Shown here: positions 42,592-53,531 of the stretch, in pieces | Layout of the letters: every line of letters begins with the position of its first letter | Numbering within the stretch: position 1 is the first letter of the stretch | Origin: Solirubrobacterales bacterium | GTDB taxonomy: Bacteria > Actinomycetota > Thermoleophilia > Solirubrobacterales > 70-9 | Length of the DNA: 64,000 nt | NCBI GenBank assembly: GCA_036269215.1 | Contig: DATASN010000033.1 | Span: forward strand, 9,359 to 73,358 | Direction of reading: 5' to 3' | The notes under the pieces: model-generated | Seen by the model: the letters and a program-made list of their open reading frames with translations, nothing else | What the model was told of the DNA's origin: nothing | The model's database searches: none | Made by a program: the position numbers and the translations under genes

Positions 42592-43625
42592 ACGGCGCGG
42601 GCCAGTGACAGCGCGTAGTCGCAGTCGGCGTCGGTGAACCAGCCGCCGATCGCCAGGCCGGCCTCCGCGTAGACGCCGGAGAGCTGCTCGTAGGTGAACT
42701 TCGAGGAGATCTCGGTTCGCATCTCCTCGCCGGCGGCGAACTCGACCGCCATGTCCAGCTCGTCGAGCTGGATCGTCTGCTCGGTCAGCGAGCGCAGGCG
42801 GATGTCCATGCGCGCCTCCTCGGCGTCGTAGCGGGCGACGTGCTCGAAGGAGTCGAGGTCGAAGTCGGCGCCGAGCTCGCGGTTGAGCACGCTGAGCACG
42901 TTCTTGTTGAAGCTGGCGGTGACGCCGCCGGCATCGTCGTAGGCCGCCTCGAGGCGCTCGCGGCCCTTGACCAGGTCGGTGCCGAGAAGCAGCCGGTCCT
43001 CGGGACCCATCAGGCCCGCCAGCCGGGCGAGGAACTCGCGGCGCGGCGCGGGGTAGAGGTTGCCGATCGTGCCGCCGAGGAAGGCGACGAGGCGGCCGCC
43101 GTCGCCGTCCGGGATGCGCTCGAGGTGGTGCTCGAAGTCGCAGACGAGGCCGCGCACGGCGAGGCCGGGGTACTCTTCGACCAGGGACGTGGCGGTGTCG
43201 TGGGTGATCTCCTCGGAGATGTCGACCGGGACGTAGGTGCCCATGCAGCCGGCGTCGCGCATCGCGCTGAGCAGGTGACGGGTCTTGGCGGCCGAGCCGG
43301 AGCCGAGCTCGACCAGGGTCCGCGGCTCCCCGGCCGCAGCGACGATCTCGGCGGCGCGCTCGGCGAGGATCGAGCGCTCGGCCCTGGTCGGGTAGTACTC
43401 GGGCAGCTCGGTGATCTGCTCGAAGAGCCGCGAGCCGAGCTCGTCGTAGAAGTACTTCGGCGCCAGCTCCTTCGGGTCGGTCGAGAGGCCGGCGCGGACG
43501 TCGCGCGCCATCATCGCGGCGGCGTCGGCGTCGAGATGCACCTCGATCGCGATCACATCACCACGTCCTTCACGTTCCACTCCCTCGCGCTGATCATCAC
43601 CGGCGACCTCGCTCACTCGCTCCAC
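42588..43625 (-). CDS. egtD: L-histidine N-alpha-methyltransferase (ergothioneine pathway)
   Basis: DVRAGLSTDPKELAPKYFYDELGSRLFEQITELPEYYPTRAERSIL...LVELGSGSAAKTRHLL...FLGGTIGN are EgtD hallmarks. The start is uncertain (GTG at 43625 or a downstream GTG). Confidence 0.85.
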   Translation of the reverse strand: MERVSEVAGDDQREGVEREGRGDVIAIEVHLDADAAAMMARDVRAGLSTDPKELAPKYFYDELGSRLFEQITELPEYYPTRAERSILAERAAEIVAAAGEPRTLVELGSGSAAKTRHLLSAMRDAGCMGTYVPVDISEEITHDTATSLVEEYPGLAVRGLVCDFEHHLERIPDGDGGRLVAFLGGTIGNLYPAPRREFLARLAGLMGPEDRLLLGTDLVKGRERLEAAYDDAGGVTASFNKNVLSVLNRELGADFDLDSFEHVARYDAEEARMDIRLRSLTEQTIQLDELDMAVEFAAGEEMRTEISSKFTYEQLSGVYAEAGLAIGGWFTDADCDYALSLARAV

Positions 43626-44700
43626 GTTCAGAGTCCCTCGCGCAGCGGATGCCGGCGAAGATCTGGCGGCGCTCCGGCAGGTCCCAGTTGCGGAAGCTCG
43701 GCCGCATCACGCTGGGATGGGTCGCCCAGGAGCCGCCGCGCAGCACCTTGTAGGTATCGCCGAAGAAGACTTCCGAGTACTCGCTGTAGGGGAACGCCTC
43801 GAAGCCGGGGTAGGCGAGGAAGTCCGACGAGGTCCACTCCCAGGCCTGGCCGACGCCGTCCAGGTCGCCGCTCGCCGCCTCCCACTCCTGCTCGCTCGGC
43901 AGCCGCTTGCCGGCCCAGCGGGCGAAGGCATCGGCCTCGGGCCAGGAGACATGGAGGACGGGATGGGCTGGATTGACAGGGTCGCGACCCGCCATCGTCG
44001 TCAGCACCCATCCCCCGTCGCCCCGCTCCCAGTACAGCGGAGGCGGCGCGCCGGTCTCCTCCATGAACTGGATATACGCAGCGTTGCTCACCGGAGTTCG
44101 ATCGATTTCGAAGCTTTCGAGCGCGACCGTGTGCCGAGCTCGCTCGTTGTCGTAGGCGAAGCCCCGCTCAGGAGCCCCGATCTCATGGGCGCCTCCCTCA
44201 ACGCGAACCATCTCCCCGTCGAAACCTCGATCTTGCGGCATATGCCCGACAAAACGAGATTTCGCGGCGGGCGGCGCGGCGAACGGCGATTCGTAGCCGT
44301 CGACCAGCTGGAGGAGCTGCAGCATCGTCTCGTTGTGCTGCAGCTCGTGGGCGAGCAGCATCTCGTAGACGAAGCCTTCGCGCAGCAGCGAGTCATCCGA
44401 GTCGGGACTGAGGTCGACCTCGTCGAGCACCTCGAGCGTGCGCTCGCGCACGTCGGCGAGGTAGGAGCGCAGCTCGGCGTCGCGCAGGATCGGCAGCTCG
44501 CCGCGGGTCCTGCGCGGGTTCTCGATCGCGTCGTAGAAGCGGCCGAGCTCGCCGTGTAGCGGCTCGCGACCGCCGATCGTCTGCACCAGCCAGAGCTCCT
44601 CGAAGTTGGCGATGTGGCCGAGGTCCCAGGCGAGGGGGCTGAGGATCGGCGAGTAGACGCGGTTGAGCTGCTCGTCGTCGAGCGGCTTGATCAGCTCCAA
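43597..44700 (-). CDS. egtB: EgtB-like sulfoxide synthase (DinB_2 plus FGE-sulfatase domains)
   Basis: SPLAWDLGHIANFEELW is the DinB metal site. The C-terminus GDTYKVLRGGSWATHPSVMRPSFRNWDLPERRQIFAGIRCARD is FGE-like. An in-frame sequence that looks coding extends ~25 codons upstream of the TTG at 44700 with no canonical start. Confidence 0.75.
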   Translation of the reverse strand: MELIKPLDDEQLNRVYSPILSPLAWDLGHIANFEELWLVQTIGGREPLHGELGRFYDAIENPRRTRGELPILRDAELRSYLADVRERTLEVLDEVDLSPDSDDSLLREGFVYEMLLAHELQHNETMLQLLQLVDGYESPFAAPPAAKSRFVGHMPQDRGFDGEMVRVEGGAHEIGAPERGFAYDNERARHTVALESFEIDRTPVSNAAYIQFMEETGAPPPLYWERGDGGWVLTTMAGRDPVNPAHPVLHVSWPEADAFARWAGKRLPSEQEWEAASGDLDGVGQAWEWTSSDFLAYPGFEAFPYSEYSEVFFGDTYKVLRGGSWATHPSVMRPSFRNWDLPERRQIFAGIRCARDSERGASERGRR

Positions 44701-44853
44701 CGTGCGTGCGCGCGCCTCGCCGAGACGCTCCGCGATCGCACTCTTGAAGCTCGACGTAACCTCGGTCGCGATCCGAAAACCCTAGCGAGGTCGGATCGCC
44801 GGCATGGGAACTCCCGGGGTGCAACGCGCTGACCCCTGGCAGGGGAGAGAACG

Positions 44854-45648
44854 TTGCACCGTGGGTTAGGGTGCTCGGCCGTGGAGATTGCAGGCAAGAG
44901 CGCGTTGGTCGCCGGCGGAGCGTCCGGGCTCGGCGAGGCGACGGCGCGAGCGCTGGTCGCGGCGGGCGCCGCGGTGACGATCGCCGACCTCAACGCCGAG
45001 AAGGGCGAGGCGCTGGCGGCGGAGCTGGGGCCCGGCGCCACCTTTGTCCAGGCCGACGTGACCGACGAGGCGGCGGTCTCGGCGGCGGTCGAACGAGCCG
45101 CAAGCCACGACGACGGGCTGCGCATCTCGGTCTGCTGCGCCGGGATCGGCTGGGCCGAGCGGGTCGCACACAAGGGCGGCCCCCACAACTTGGAGCTCTT
45201 CTCCAACGTGGTCAAGGTCAACCTGATCGGCAGCTTCAACGTGCTGCGCCTGGCGGCGGCCGCGATGAGCGAGAACGAGCCCGACGCGGAGGGCGAGCGC
45301 GGCGTCTGCGTCAACACCGCCTCGATCGCCGCCTACGACGGCCAGATCGGCCAGGCCGCCTACGCGGCCTCGAAGGGCGGCATCGTCGGCATGACCCTGC
45401 CGGCGGCGCGCGACATGGCCTCGCGCGGCGTCCGCGTCGTCACGATTGCCCCAGGGCTCTTCGACACGCCGCTGCTGGCGGCACTGCCCGAAGAGGCGCG
45501 CACGGCGCTCGGCGCCGGTATCCCCTTCCCCTCGCGCCTCGGCCGTCCCGCGGAGTACGCCCGGCTGGTCGGCCAGATCGTCGCCAACCCGATGCTCAAC
45601 GGCGAGACGATCCGCCTCGACGGCGCTCTGCGGATGCCACCGAGGTGA
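44854..45648 (+). CDS. SDR-family oxidoreductase, HSD17B10-like 3-hydroxyacyl-CoA dehydrogenase
   Basis: It has [48 protein letters not shown] (YxxxK) and [18 protein letters not shown] lies upstream of the TTG at 44854. Confidence 0.85.
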   Translation: MHRGLGCSAVEIAGKSALVAGGASGLGEATARALVAAGAAVTIADLNAEKGEALAAELGPGATFVQADVTDEAAVSAAVERAASHDDGLRISVCCAGIGWAERVAHKGGPHNLELFSNVVKVNLIGSFNVLRLAAAAMSENEPDAEGERGVCVNTASIAAYDGQIGQAAYAASKGGIVGMTLPAARDMASRGVRVVTIAPGLFDTPLLAALPEEARTALGAGIPFPSRLGRPAEYARLVGQIVANPMLNGETIRLDGALRMPPR

Positions 45649-45691
45649 CGAGGAATGCGTTTACCCTTGCCACTGACAAACGCATTCCTCG
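45649..45691. terminator. Bidirectional hairpin between convergent genes
   Basis: A perfect 14-bp stem, CGAGGAATGCGTTT ... AAACGCATTCCTCG, has a 15-nt loop and starts 1 nt after the SDR stop. Confidence 0.65.
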
Positions 45692-45701
45692 TTGATTGGC
45701 C

Positions 45702-46622
45702 CTAGTCAGTCCCTTCCGCCTCCGGGTCGCGCCAGACCTTCTTGTGCCAGGGCGGGTGGATAGTGAAGTGGGCGTCGCTGGTGGCGGCGATCGGCTCCAA
45801 GGGGATCAGGTGGACGCGGTTGCGGGGCGTCATCCGCTCGATGCGGGGGATGCCTTCGGCGTTGCCCGCGTGGCTGCCGCCTGAGATGAGCAGGACGTGG
45901 GTCTCCGGCCCCCAGCCGTTCTCGGGACGCAGGCCGACCGCTTCGGCGATGTCCCTGAGCGGGCCGATGCCAGCGTCCGAGCCCCAGTTGGCGACGCTCT
46001 GACCGTGGTTGTAGCCCTCGTGGGACGAGGCGCGCTCGTCGACCGAGCCGTCGGGCCGGATCCGGAACTGGACGCTTTCCCAGTCGTCGCGGTGGTAGCC
46101 CGCGGCGCCGATGAGGCTGCGGAGGGTGGCGGAGTCGGTGTAATAGAGCCAGTACTGGATATAGAGGTTGCCGGCGCGTGCGCCCGAGCAGTTGGCGCCT
46201 TCGGCTTCCATCGCAGCGATCGCGTCCGGCCGGCAGTCGATCACGTGGGCGAAGGCGGAGACGGGCAGGCCGGCTTCGCTGTGGCGCACGTAGCCATGTT
46301 CGGCGCCGTCGCCGCAGGCCGTGCTGCGGCAGCGCCGGTAGTCGACCGGAACCGCGCGCGATCCCCGCTCGAAGAGCAGCGATGGCATGTGCCGCCGCAC
46401 CAGCTCACCCACTTCGGTCCCGTAGGCGGCGATCAGAGCCGGCTCGTCGCCGTCGCAGCTGTCGGCCAGTGAAGCGGCGCAGAGGATCCGCGAGGCCACC
46501 GCGCGGGCGAGCGCGGTGCCGGGAACCCGCACCCCGGCAGCCACCAGGCCCGCGAGCAGCAGGGCGACGAGCAAGAGTAGGCCCACCCACTCGACCGTCG
46601 ACTGCCCCCGCTCGTCTCGCAT
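45702..46622 (-). CDS. Protein with a TadE/Flp-type N-terminal pseudopilin signal and a Vps62/DUF946-like domain
   Basis: The N-terminus MRDERG/QSTVEWVGLLLLVALLLAGL fits the G/xxxxE(Y/W) processing motif. The central NLYIQYWLYYTDS...GYHRDDWESVQFRIRPDG resembles the Vps62 signature as I recall it. Confidence 0.5.
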   Translation of the reverse strand: MRDERGQSTVEWVGLLLLVALLLAGLVAAGVRVPGTALARAVASRILCAASLADSCDGDEPALIAAYGTEVGELVRRHMPSLLFERGSRAVPVDYRRCRSTACGDGAEHGYVRHSEAGLPVSAFAHVIDCRPDAIAAMEAEGANCSGARAGNLYIQYWLYYTDSATLRSLIGAAGYHRDDWESVQFRIRPDGSVDERASSHEGYNHGQSVANWGSDAGIGPLRDIAEAVGLRPENGWGPETHVLLISGGSHAGNAEGIPRIERMTPRNRVHLIPLEPIAATSDAHFTIHPPWHKKVWRDPEAEGTD

Positions 46623-46689
46623 GGGACGACGCTAGGAGCGCCGCCTCTACGCGTGCGTGTCGAGTGCGCCGAAAGGCGCGCGGGAGGCG

Positions 46690-48104
<1,415 letters not shown>

Positions 48105-48108
<4 letters not shown>

Positions 48109-48419
48109 TTGCCGCCCTTCCCGTCGTCCCCGGCCTTGGGTTTCGGCTTTTTGGAGAACATGCCGAGCATGCGATCGGTGACCATGAAGCCGCCGACGAC
48201 GTTGATCGTGCCGAAGGCGATCGCGATCGTGCCGATCACGTACTCGAGCGGGTCGTTGGCGTAGCCGACGACGATCAGGCCGCCGAGCATGACGATCCCG
48301 TGGATCGCGTTGGTCTGCGACATCAGCGGCGTGTGCAGGGTCGTCGGCACCTTCGAGATCACCTCGAAGCCGACGAAGGCGGCGAGGACGAAGATCGTCA
48401 CCTCGGTCATCACGCTCAT
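48105..48419 (-). CDS. pntAB: NAD(P) transhydrogenase subunit alpha part 2
   Basis: It is a ~100-aa membrane protein, FVLAAFVGFEVISKVPTTLHTPLMSQTNAIHGIV. Confidence 0.85.
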
Positions 48420-48477
48420 AGGAGAACCTTCCGCTGTGCCTTAACGACACAGAACGAGGGAAAGGAACAGCGGAGCA

Positions 48478-49596
48478 TTATTTTGCCGCCCTCTCGTTAC
48501 GGATCTCGCCGCCGTGGGTGATGCAGGCGGCGGCGACGATGTCGTCCTCGAAGTCGAGGTTGAGCGCGCCCGCCTCGCCGATCAGCAGGCCGAGCAGGTT
48601 CTCGAGGTTCTTGGCGTAGAGCTGCGAGGCGGGCCGCGGCATCTCACTGGCCAGGTTGCGCGGGCCGATCACCTTGACGCCGTTCTCGACCACGGTCTGC
48701 CCCGCCTCGGTCAGCTCGCAGTTGCCGCCGGTCTCGGCGGCGAGGTCGACGATCACCGAGCCCGGTGCCATGCCGCGCACCGCGTCGGCGGTGATCAGCA
48801 GCGGCGCCGGGCGGCCGGGGATCGCCGCGGTGGTGACGATCACGTCCTGTTTGGCGGCGTTCTCGCCGAGCGCCTCGCGCACCTGGGCGTTCTCCTCGTC
48901 GGTGAGCGGGCGGGCGTAGCCGCCCTCGCCCTCGGCGTCGGGGATGAAGTCGAGTTCCAGCGGCCGGCCGCCGAGCGAGGCGATCTGCTCCCAGGCGGCG
49001 CGGCGGATGTCGAAGCCGGTGACGATCGCGCCGAGGCGCTTGGCGGTGGCGACCGCCTGCAGGCCGGCGACGCCGGCACCGAGGACGAGGACCTTGGCCG
49101 GCGGCACCGTGCCGGCGGCGGTGGTCATCATCCCGTAGAAGCGGCCCGACTCGCGGGCGGCGATCAGGCTGGCCGCGTAGCCCGCGGCGGCAGCCTGCGA
49201 GGAGAGGGCGTCCATCGCCTGGGCGCGGGTTGTGCGCGGGATCGCCTCCATCGCGAAGCTGGTGACGCCGGCCGCGGCCAGCGCCCTGTTGGTCTCGGCC
49301 GCCGTCCAGGGCGCCAGGTGGCCGATCAGGATCTGGCCGGAGTCGAGGCGGGCGATCTCGGCGGCGGAAGGGGCGGCGACGCGAAGGACGACGTCGGCGC
49401 CCCACGTAACCTCGCCCTCGACGACCTCGGCACCGGCGTCGGAGTACTGGGAATCGGGGTGGCCGGCCGCCTCCCCCGCGCCGGACTCGACCGCCACCGA
49501 GACCTTCTCGTCGGCGGCCAGGGACTTGACCACGTCGGGGACCAGCGCGACCCGGCGCTCCCCATCGGCGGTCTCTTTCGGCACTCCGATCTTCAT
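48478..49596 (-). CDS. pntAA: NAD(P) transhydrogenase subunit alpha part 1 (AlaDH-like)
   Basis: MKIGVPKETADGERRVALVPD... is followed by the Rossmann motif VLVLGAGVAGLQAVATAKRLGA. Confidence 0.9.
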   Translation of the reverse strand: MKIGVPKETADGERRVALVPDVVKSLAADEKVSVAVESGAGEAAGHPDSQYSDAGAEVVEGEVTWGADVVLRVAAPSAAEIARLDSGQILIGHLAPWTAAETNRALAAAGVTSFAMEAIPRTTRAQAMDALSSQAAAAGYAASLIAARESGRFYGMMTTAAGTVPPAKVLVLGAGVAGLQAVATAKRLGAIVTGFDIRRAAWEQIASLGGRPLELDFIPDAEGEGGYARPLTDEENAQVREALGENAAKQDVIVTTAAIPGRPAPLLITADAVRGMAPGSVIVDLAAETGGNCELTEAGQTVVENGVKVIGPRNLASEMPRPASQLYAKNLENLLGLLIGEAGALNLDFEDDIVAAACITHGGEIRNERAAK

Positions 49597-49614
49597 AGGA
49601 CGCGGCGGCGGAGA

Positions 49615-50661
49615 CTATGCGATGAGCGCCGCCAGGCGCTGCAAGGTGTGCAGCTGCTGGCTGCGCTCGGCGTGCACCGGGGAGACGATCAGGCGGTCGA
49701 TGCCGGCACCGCGGAAGCGCTCGACCCGCTCCGCCACCTCGGCCTCGGTGCCGACCAGCGAGGTCGCCTCGACGACCTCGTCGGGGACCGCCTCGAAGGC
49801 GCCGGCGCGATCGCCGTCCTGGAAGCGCACCTGCACCTCGTCGGCGACGTCGCCGAAGCCGAAACGATGAGCGAGGTCGACGTAGAAGTTGGTCTTGCGA
49901 CTGCCCATGCCGCCGAAGTAGAGGACGAGGCCGGCCTTGACGACAGCCTTGGCCGCGTCGAGGTCGCCGTCGATCGCGACCTGCAGCGAGGGCGATACCT
50001 CGAGGTCGGAGCGCTGCCGGCCGCCCTTGGCGAAACCCGCCTCGAGATGCTCCCCCCAGGTCTGCTCGAAGGCATCGACGCTGAAGAAGATCGGGATCCA
50101 GCCGTCGGCGATCTCGGCCGCCATCTCGACCGACTTGCGCCCGATCGCGCCCACGAAGACGGGGATTTGGGACCGCTGCGGGTGGAAGTTGAGCTTCAGC
50201 GGCTTTCCCTCCCCCCCGGGCAGCGGCAGTTGATAGTGAGTGCCCTGGTGGTCGACCTTGTCCTCGCGGGCGACGATCTCGCGGACGACTTCGATGTACT
50301 CGCGGGTGCGGCCCCAGGGCTTGGCGTAATCGACGCCGTACCAGCCTTCGGAGACCTGCGGCCCGGAGGGGCCGAAGCCGAAGAGGAAGCGGCCGCCGGA
50401 GAGCTTGTCGATCGTCGCCCCGGCCATCGCCGCGGCGGCGGGCGGGCGGGCCGGGACCTGCATGATCGCGGCGCCGAGGTTGATCGTCGTCGTCTGCGGC
50501 GCCAGCCAGGCGAGCACGCTAACCACGTCGGAGCCGTAGGACTCGGCCGCCCAGACCGACTCGAAGCCGGCTGCCTCGGCGGCGAGGACGACCTCGAGGG
50601 CGTCCTCGCCGGCCGGGCCGATGCCCCAGTAGCCGAGGTTGAGTCCGAGCTTCAAAGCCAT
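49615..50661 (-). CDS. LLM-class F420-dependent oxidoreductase
   Basis: MALKLGLNLGYWG...AGFESVWAAESYGSDVVSVLAWLA...GRFLFGFGPSGPQVSEGWYG. Confidence 0.8.
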   Translation of the reverse strand: MALKLGLNLGYWGIGPAGEDALEVVLAAEAAGFESVWAAESYGSDVVSVLAWLAPQTTTINLGAAIMQVPARPPAAAAMAGATIDKLSGGRFLFGFGPSGPQVSEGWYGVDYAKPWGRTREYIEVVREIVAREDKVDHQGTHYQLPLPGGEGKPLKLNFHPQRSQIPVFVGAIGRKSVEMAAEIADGWIPIFFSVDAFEQTWGEHLEAGFAKGGRQRSDLEVSPSLQVAIDGDLDAAKAVVKAGLVLYFGGMGSRKTNFYVDLAHRFGFGDVADEVQVRFQDGDRAGAFEAVPDEVVEATSLVGTEAEVAERVERFRGAGIDRLIVSPVHAERSQQLHTLQRLAALIA

Positions 50662-50689
50662 CCGGCGCGCACCCTATTGAATAGGCGCC

Positions 50690-53101
50690 ATGACCGACGC
50701 GGCAATCGAGCGGGGCCTGACCAGCGCCACGGCGGCGAAGCGCCTGCGCGAGCTCGGCTCTCCGCCCGAGACCTCCTCGCGCTCGGTCTCCAGCATCGTC
50801 GCCGGCAACGTCTTCACGCTGTTCAACGCGATCATCGGCGCCTTCTTCGTGCTCGACCTCGGGCTCGGCCTCTACGCCGACTCGCTCTTCGGCCTGATCG
50901 CGGTGATCAACTCCTACATCGGCATCCGCCAGGAGCTGAAGGCCAAGACCACGCTGGACGAGCTCGCGGTCCTCGTCGCTCCCCACGCCAAGGTCGTCCG
51001 CGACGGCGCCGTGGTCAGCCTGCTCGCCGAGGAGATCGTCCCGGGCGACGTGATCGCGGTCGAGCCCGGCGACCAGCTCGTCGCCGACGGCGAGGTGATC
51101 CGCACGCGGGGAATGACGCTCGACGAGTCGATGCTGACCGGCGAGGCCGACGGCGTGCGCAAGGGCCTCGGCGAGCGGGCGCTCTCCGGCTCCTTCTGCA
51201 TCAGCGGCTCCGGCTACTACACGGTAGACGCGGTGCGGGAGGAGAGCTACGCGGGGCGGCTGGCCGGCGAGGCGCGCGCCTTCCGCCATCCGCCCTCGCC
51301 GCTGCAGGACGAGGTCAACCGGGTGATCGTCGCCTGCGTCTACGCGATGGTGCCGCTGGCGGTGCTGCTGATCCTGACCCTGAAGCTGCGCAGCACCGGG
51401 ATCGACGAAGCCGCCCAGACCGCCACCGCCGGGCTGGTCACGCTGGTCCCCGAGGGGCTGGTGCTGCTGATGAGCGTCACCTTCGCCGTCGCCGCGGTGC
51501 GGCTGGCGCGCAAAGACACCCTGATCCAGCAGATGAGCGCGACCGAGAGCCTCGCCGCGGTCGACACGATCTGCGTCGACAAGACCGGAACGCTGACCGA
51601 CGGCGAGCTGCGGCTGATCGACACCGAGGTGGCGGAGGGGATCGACGTCAAAGCCGCGCACGCGGCCTTGGGACGCTTCGCGGCGAGCATCGGCGACCGC
51701 AACCGCACCCTGGAAGCGATCGCCGAGCGCTACCGGGGCGAGGCCGAGCGGGTCAGCGCCGAGGTGCCGTTCTCCTCGGAGTGGAAGTGGAGCGGCCTGC
51801 GAATCGGCTCGACCTCCTATGTGCTGGGAGCGCCGGACGTGCTGAGCGCCGCCGGCGCCCTGGCCCTCCCCCCCGGCCTCGCCCGCGTGCTCGAGCGGGA
51901 GACCGCCGCCGGCAGGCGCGTCGTCGCCTTCGGCGAATCGAGCGAGCCGCTGCCGGCCGAGCCCTCCGAGCAGACGGCGCCGCGGCTGGCGCCGGTCGCG
52001 CTGGTGGTCCTCGAGGAGACGCTGCGCCCGGACGCGGCGGAAACCGTCGCCACGATGCGCGAGCAGAACGTCGACCTGAAGCTGATCTCCGGCGATGCGC
52101 GGGCGACGGTGACCGCGGTCGCCAACGCGGTCGGGGTGCCGCCCGACGCCGGCGTGATCGAGGGCTCCGAGCTGCCCGACGATCCCGAGGGCCTGGCCAG
52201 GGTGGCGCTGGGCAACACCGTGTTCTGCCGGATCAAGCCCGAGCAGAAGCGCGACCTGGTCGCCGCGCTTGCCGCCTCGGGCCGCTACGCGGCGATGATC
52301 GGCGACGGGGTCAACGACGTGCCGGCGCTGAAGCGGGCGCGGATGGCGGTGGCGATGGGCTCGGGCGCGCAGGTGACCAAGGGCGTCGCCGACGTCGTCC
52401 TGCTCAAGGACGAGTTCGCCCGCCTGCCGCAGGCGGTCGGCGAGGGGCGGCGGATCGCCCGCAACATCCACCGCCTCGGCCGCCTCTACATGACCAAGAC
52501 CGTCTACGCCGCGGCGCTGATCCTGCTCGTCGCGATCCCGGGCTTCGCCTTCCCCTTCCTACCTCGCCACCTCACCCTCGCCGCCTTCCTGACGATCGGC
52601 ATCCCCTCCTTCGTGCTGGCCCTGGCGCCCTCGGACGGACCGCTGTACCGCGGTCGCCTGCTGCGCGCCCTCTTCGCCTTCGCGGTGCCGGCCGGGCTGG
52701 CGACGGCGCTCGGCTCGATCCTCTCCTTCTTCCTCGTCGACACCGTCTTCGGCGGCAGCCTCGAAGCCGGCCGAACCGCGGCGACGACGACGCTGATCGT
52801 GCTCGGGCTCAGCTTCGTCCTGCTGCTCGAGCGCGGCCCCGGCCGCGAGCACATCGCGATCCAGAGCTACATGCTCGCCCTCGTCGCCGGCCTCGGCGCC
52901 CTCTACGCGCTGATCCTCGCCGCCGCTCCGGTGCGCGACTTCTTCGAAATGGCCCTGCTCAGCGCGACCCAGTGGTTCCTCGCCCTCTTCGCCGCCGCGG
53001 TCGGCCTGACGATCGCCAGCGCTCTCTGGCGCCTGCCGCAGATCGAAGCCCTGGAAGCTCCGGTCAACCCTGAGCCTGCGGAGCCAATACGAACTGGCTG
53101 A
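50690..53101 (+). CDS. Cation-translocating P-type ATPase (HAD-IC)
   Basis: It has the phosphorylation site ICVDKTGTLT, TGEA in the actuator, the hinge MIGDGVNDVPALK, and about 10 TM segments. I did not assign a substrate. Confidence 0.9.
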   Translation: MTDAAIERGLTSATAAKRLRELGSPPETSSRSVSSIVAGNVFTLFNAIIGAFFVLDLGLGLYADSLFGLIAVINSYIGIRQELKAKTTLDELAVLVAPHAKVVRDGAVVSLLAEEIVPGDVIAVEPGDQLVADGEVIRTRGMTLDESMLTGEADGVRKGLGERALSGSFCISGSGYYTVDAVREESYAGRLAGEARAFRHPPSPLQDEVNRVIVACVYAMVPLAVLLILTLKLRSTGIDEAAQTATAGLVTLVPEGLVLLMSVTFAVAAVRLARKDTLIQQMSATESLAAVDTICVDKTGTLTDGELRLIDTEVAEGIDVKAAHAALGRFAASIGDRNRTLEAIAERYRGEAERVSAEVPFSSEWKWSGLRIGSTSYVLGAPDVLSAAGALALPPGLARVLERETAAGRRVVAFGESSEPLPAEPSEQTAPRLAPVALVVLEETLRPDAAETVATMREQNVDLKLISGDARATVTAVANAVGVPPDAGVIEGSELPDDPEGLARVALGNTVFCRIKPEQKRDLVAALAASGRYAAMIGDGVNDVPALKRARMAVAMGSGAQVTKGVADVVLLKDEFARLPQAVGEGRRIARNIHRLGRLYMTKTVYAAALILLVAIPGFAFPFLPRHLTLAAFLTIGIPSFVLALAPSDGPLYRGRLLRALFAFAVPAGLATALGSILSFFLVDTVFGGSLEAGRTAATTTLIVLGLSFVLLLERGPGREHIAIQSYMLALVAGLGALYALILAAAPVRDFFEMALLSATQWFLALFAAAVGLTIASALWRLPQIEALEAPVNPEPAEPIRTG

Positions 53102-53519
53102 CGATCAGGTTCGCGGCTAGGCGCGGCTCCGCGCCCTCGCGGCGTCGCTCCATCCTCACCTCGATCACGACAGTGCTTTTGCCGGTGTGCAGGGGCTCGG
53201 CGACGGCGACGATCTCGTCGCCGAGCAGGGCGGCGGCGAAGACGTTCAGCTTCAGCTCGATCGTGGTGAAGTTGTGGCCCGGCGGGATCACGCGAAACGT
53301 GGCCCAGGCGGCGACGGTGTCGCCGAGGGCCGTCCAGACGCCGCCGTGTACGAAGCCGCCGGGATGGAGGTGGCGCTTGTCGACCTCGATCCGACCGCGC
53401 GAGTGCGAGTCCTCGATCTCGAGCGGCTCGATGCCCAGGTCGCCGGGAAAGCTCCCCGGCAGGAAGCCGCGCACCGACTCCGGTGTGATCAGCGAGCTGG
53501 GGTGATGCGGATCGGCCAT
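53064..53519 (-). CDS. PaaI-family hotdog-fold thioesterase
   Basis: HLHPGGFVHGGVWTALGDTVAAWA and the ~150-aa size fit the family. It overlaps the ATPase 3' end by 38 nt (convergent). Confidence 0.75.
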   Translation of the reverse strand: MADPHHPSSLITPESVRGFLPGSFPGDLGIEPLEIEDSHSRGRIEVDKRHLHPGGFVHGGVWTALGDTVAAWATFRVIPPGHNFTTIELKLNVFAAALLGDEIVAVAEPLHTGKSTVVIEVRMERRREGAEPRLAANLIVSQFVLAPQAQG

Positions 53520-53531
53520 GCGGCCGGGACC

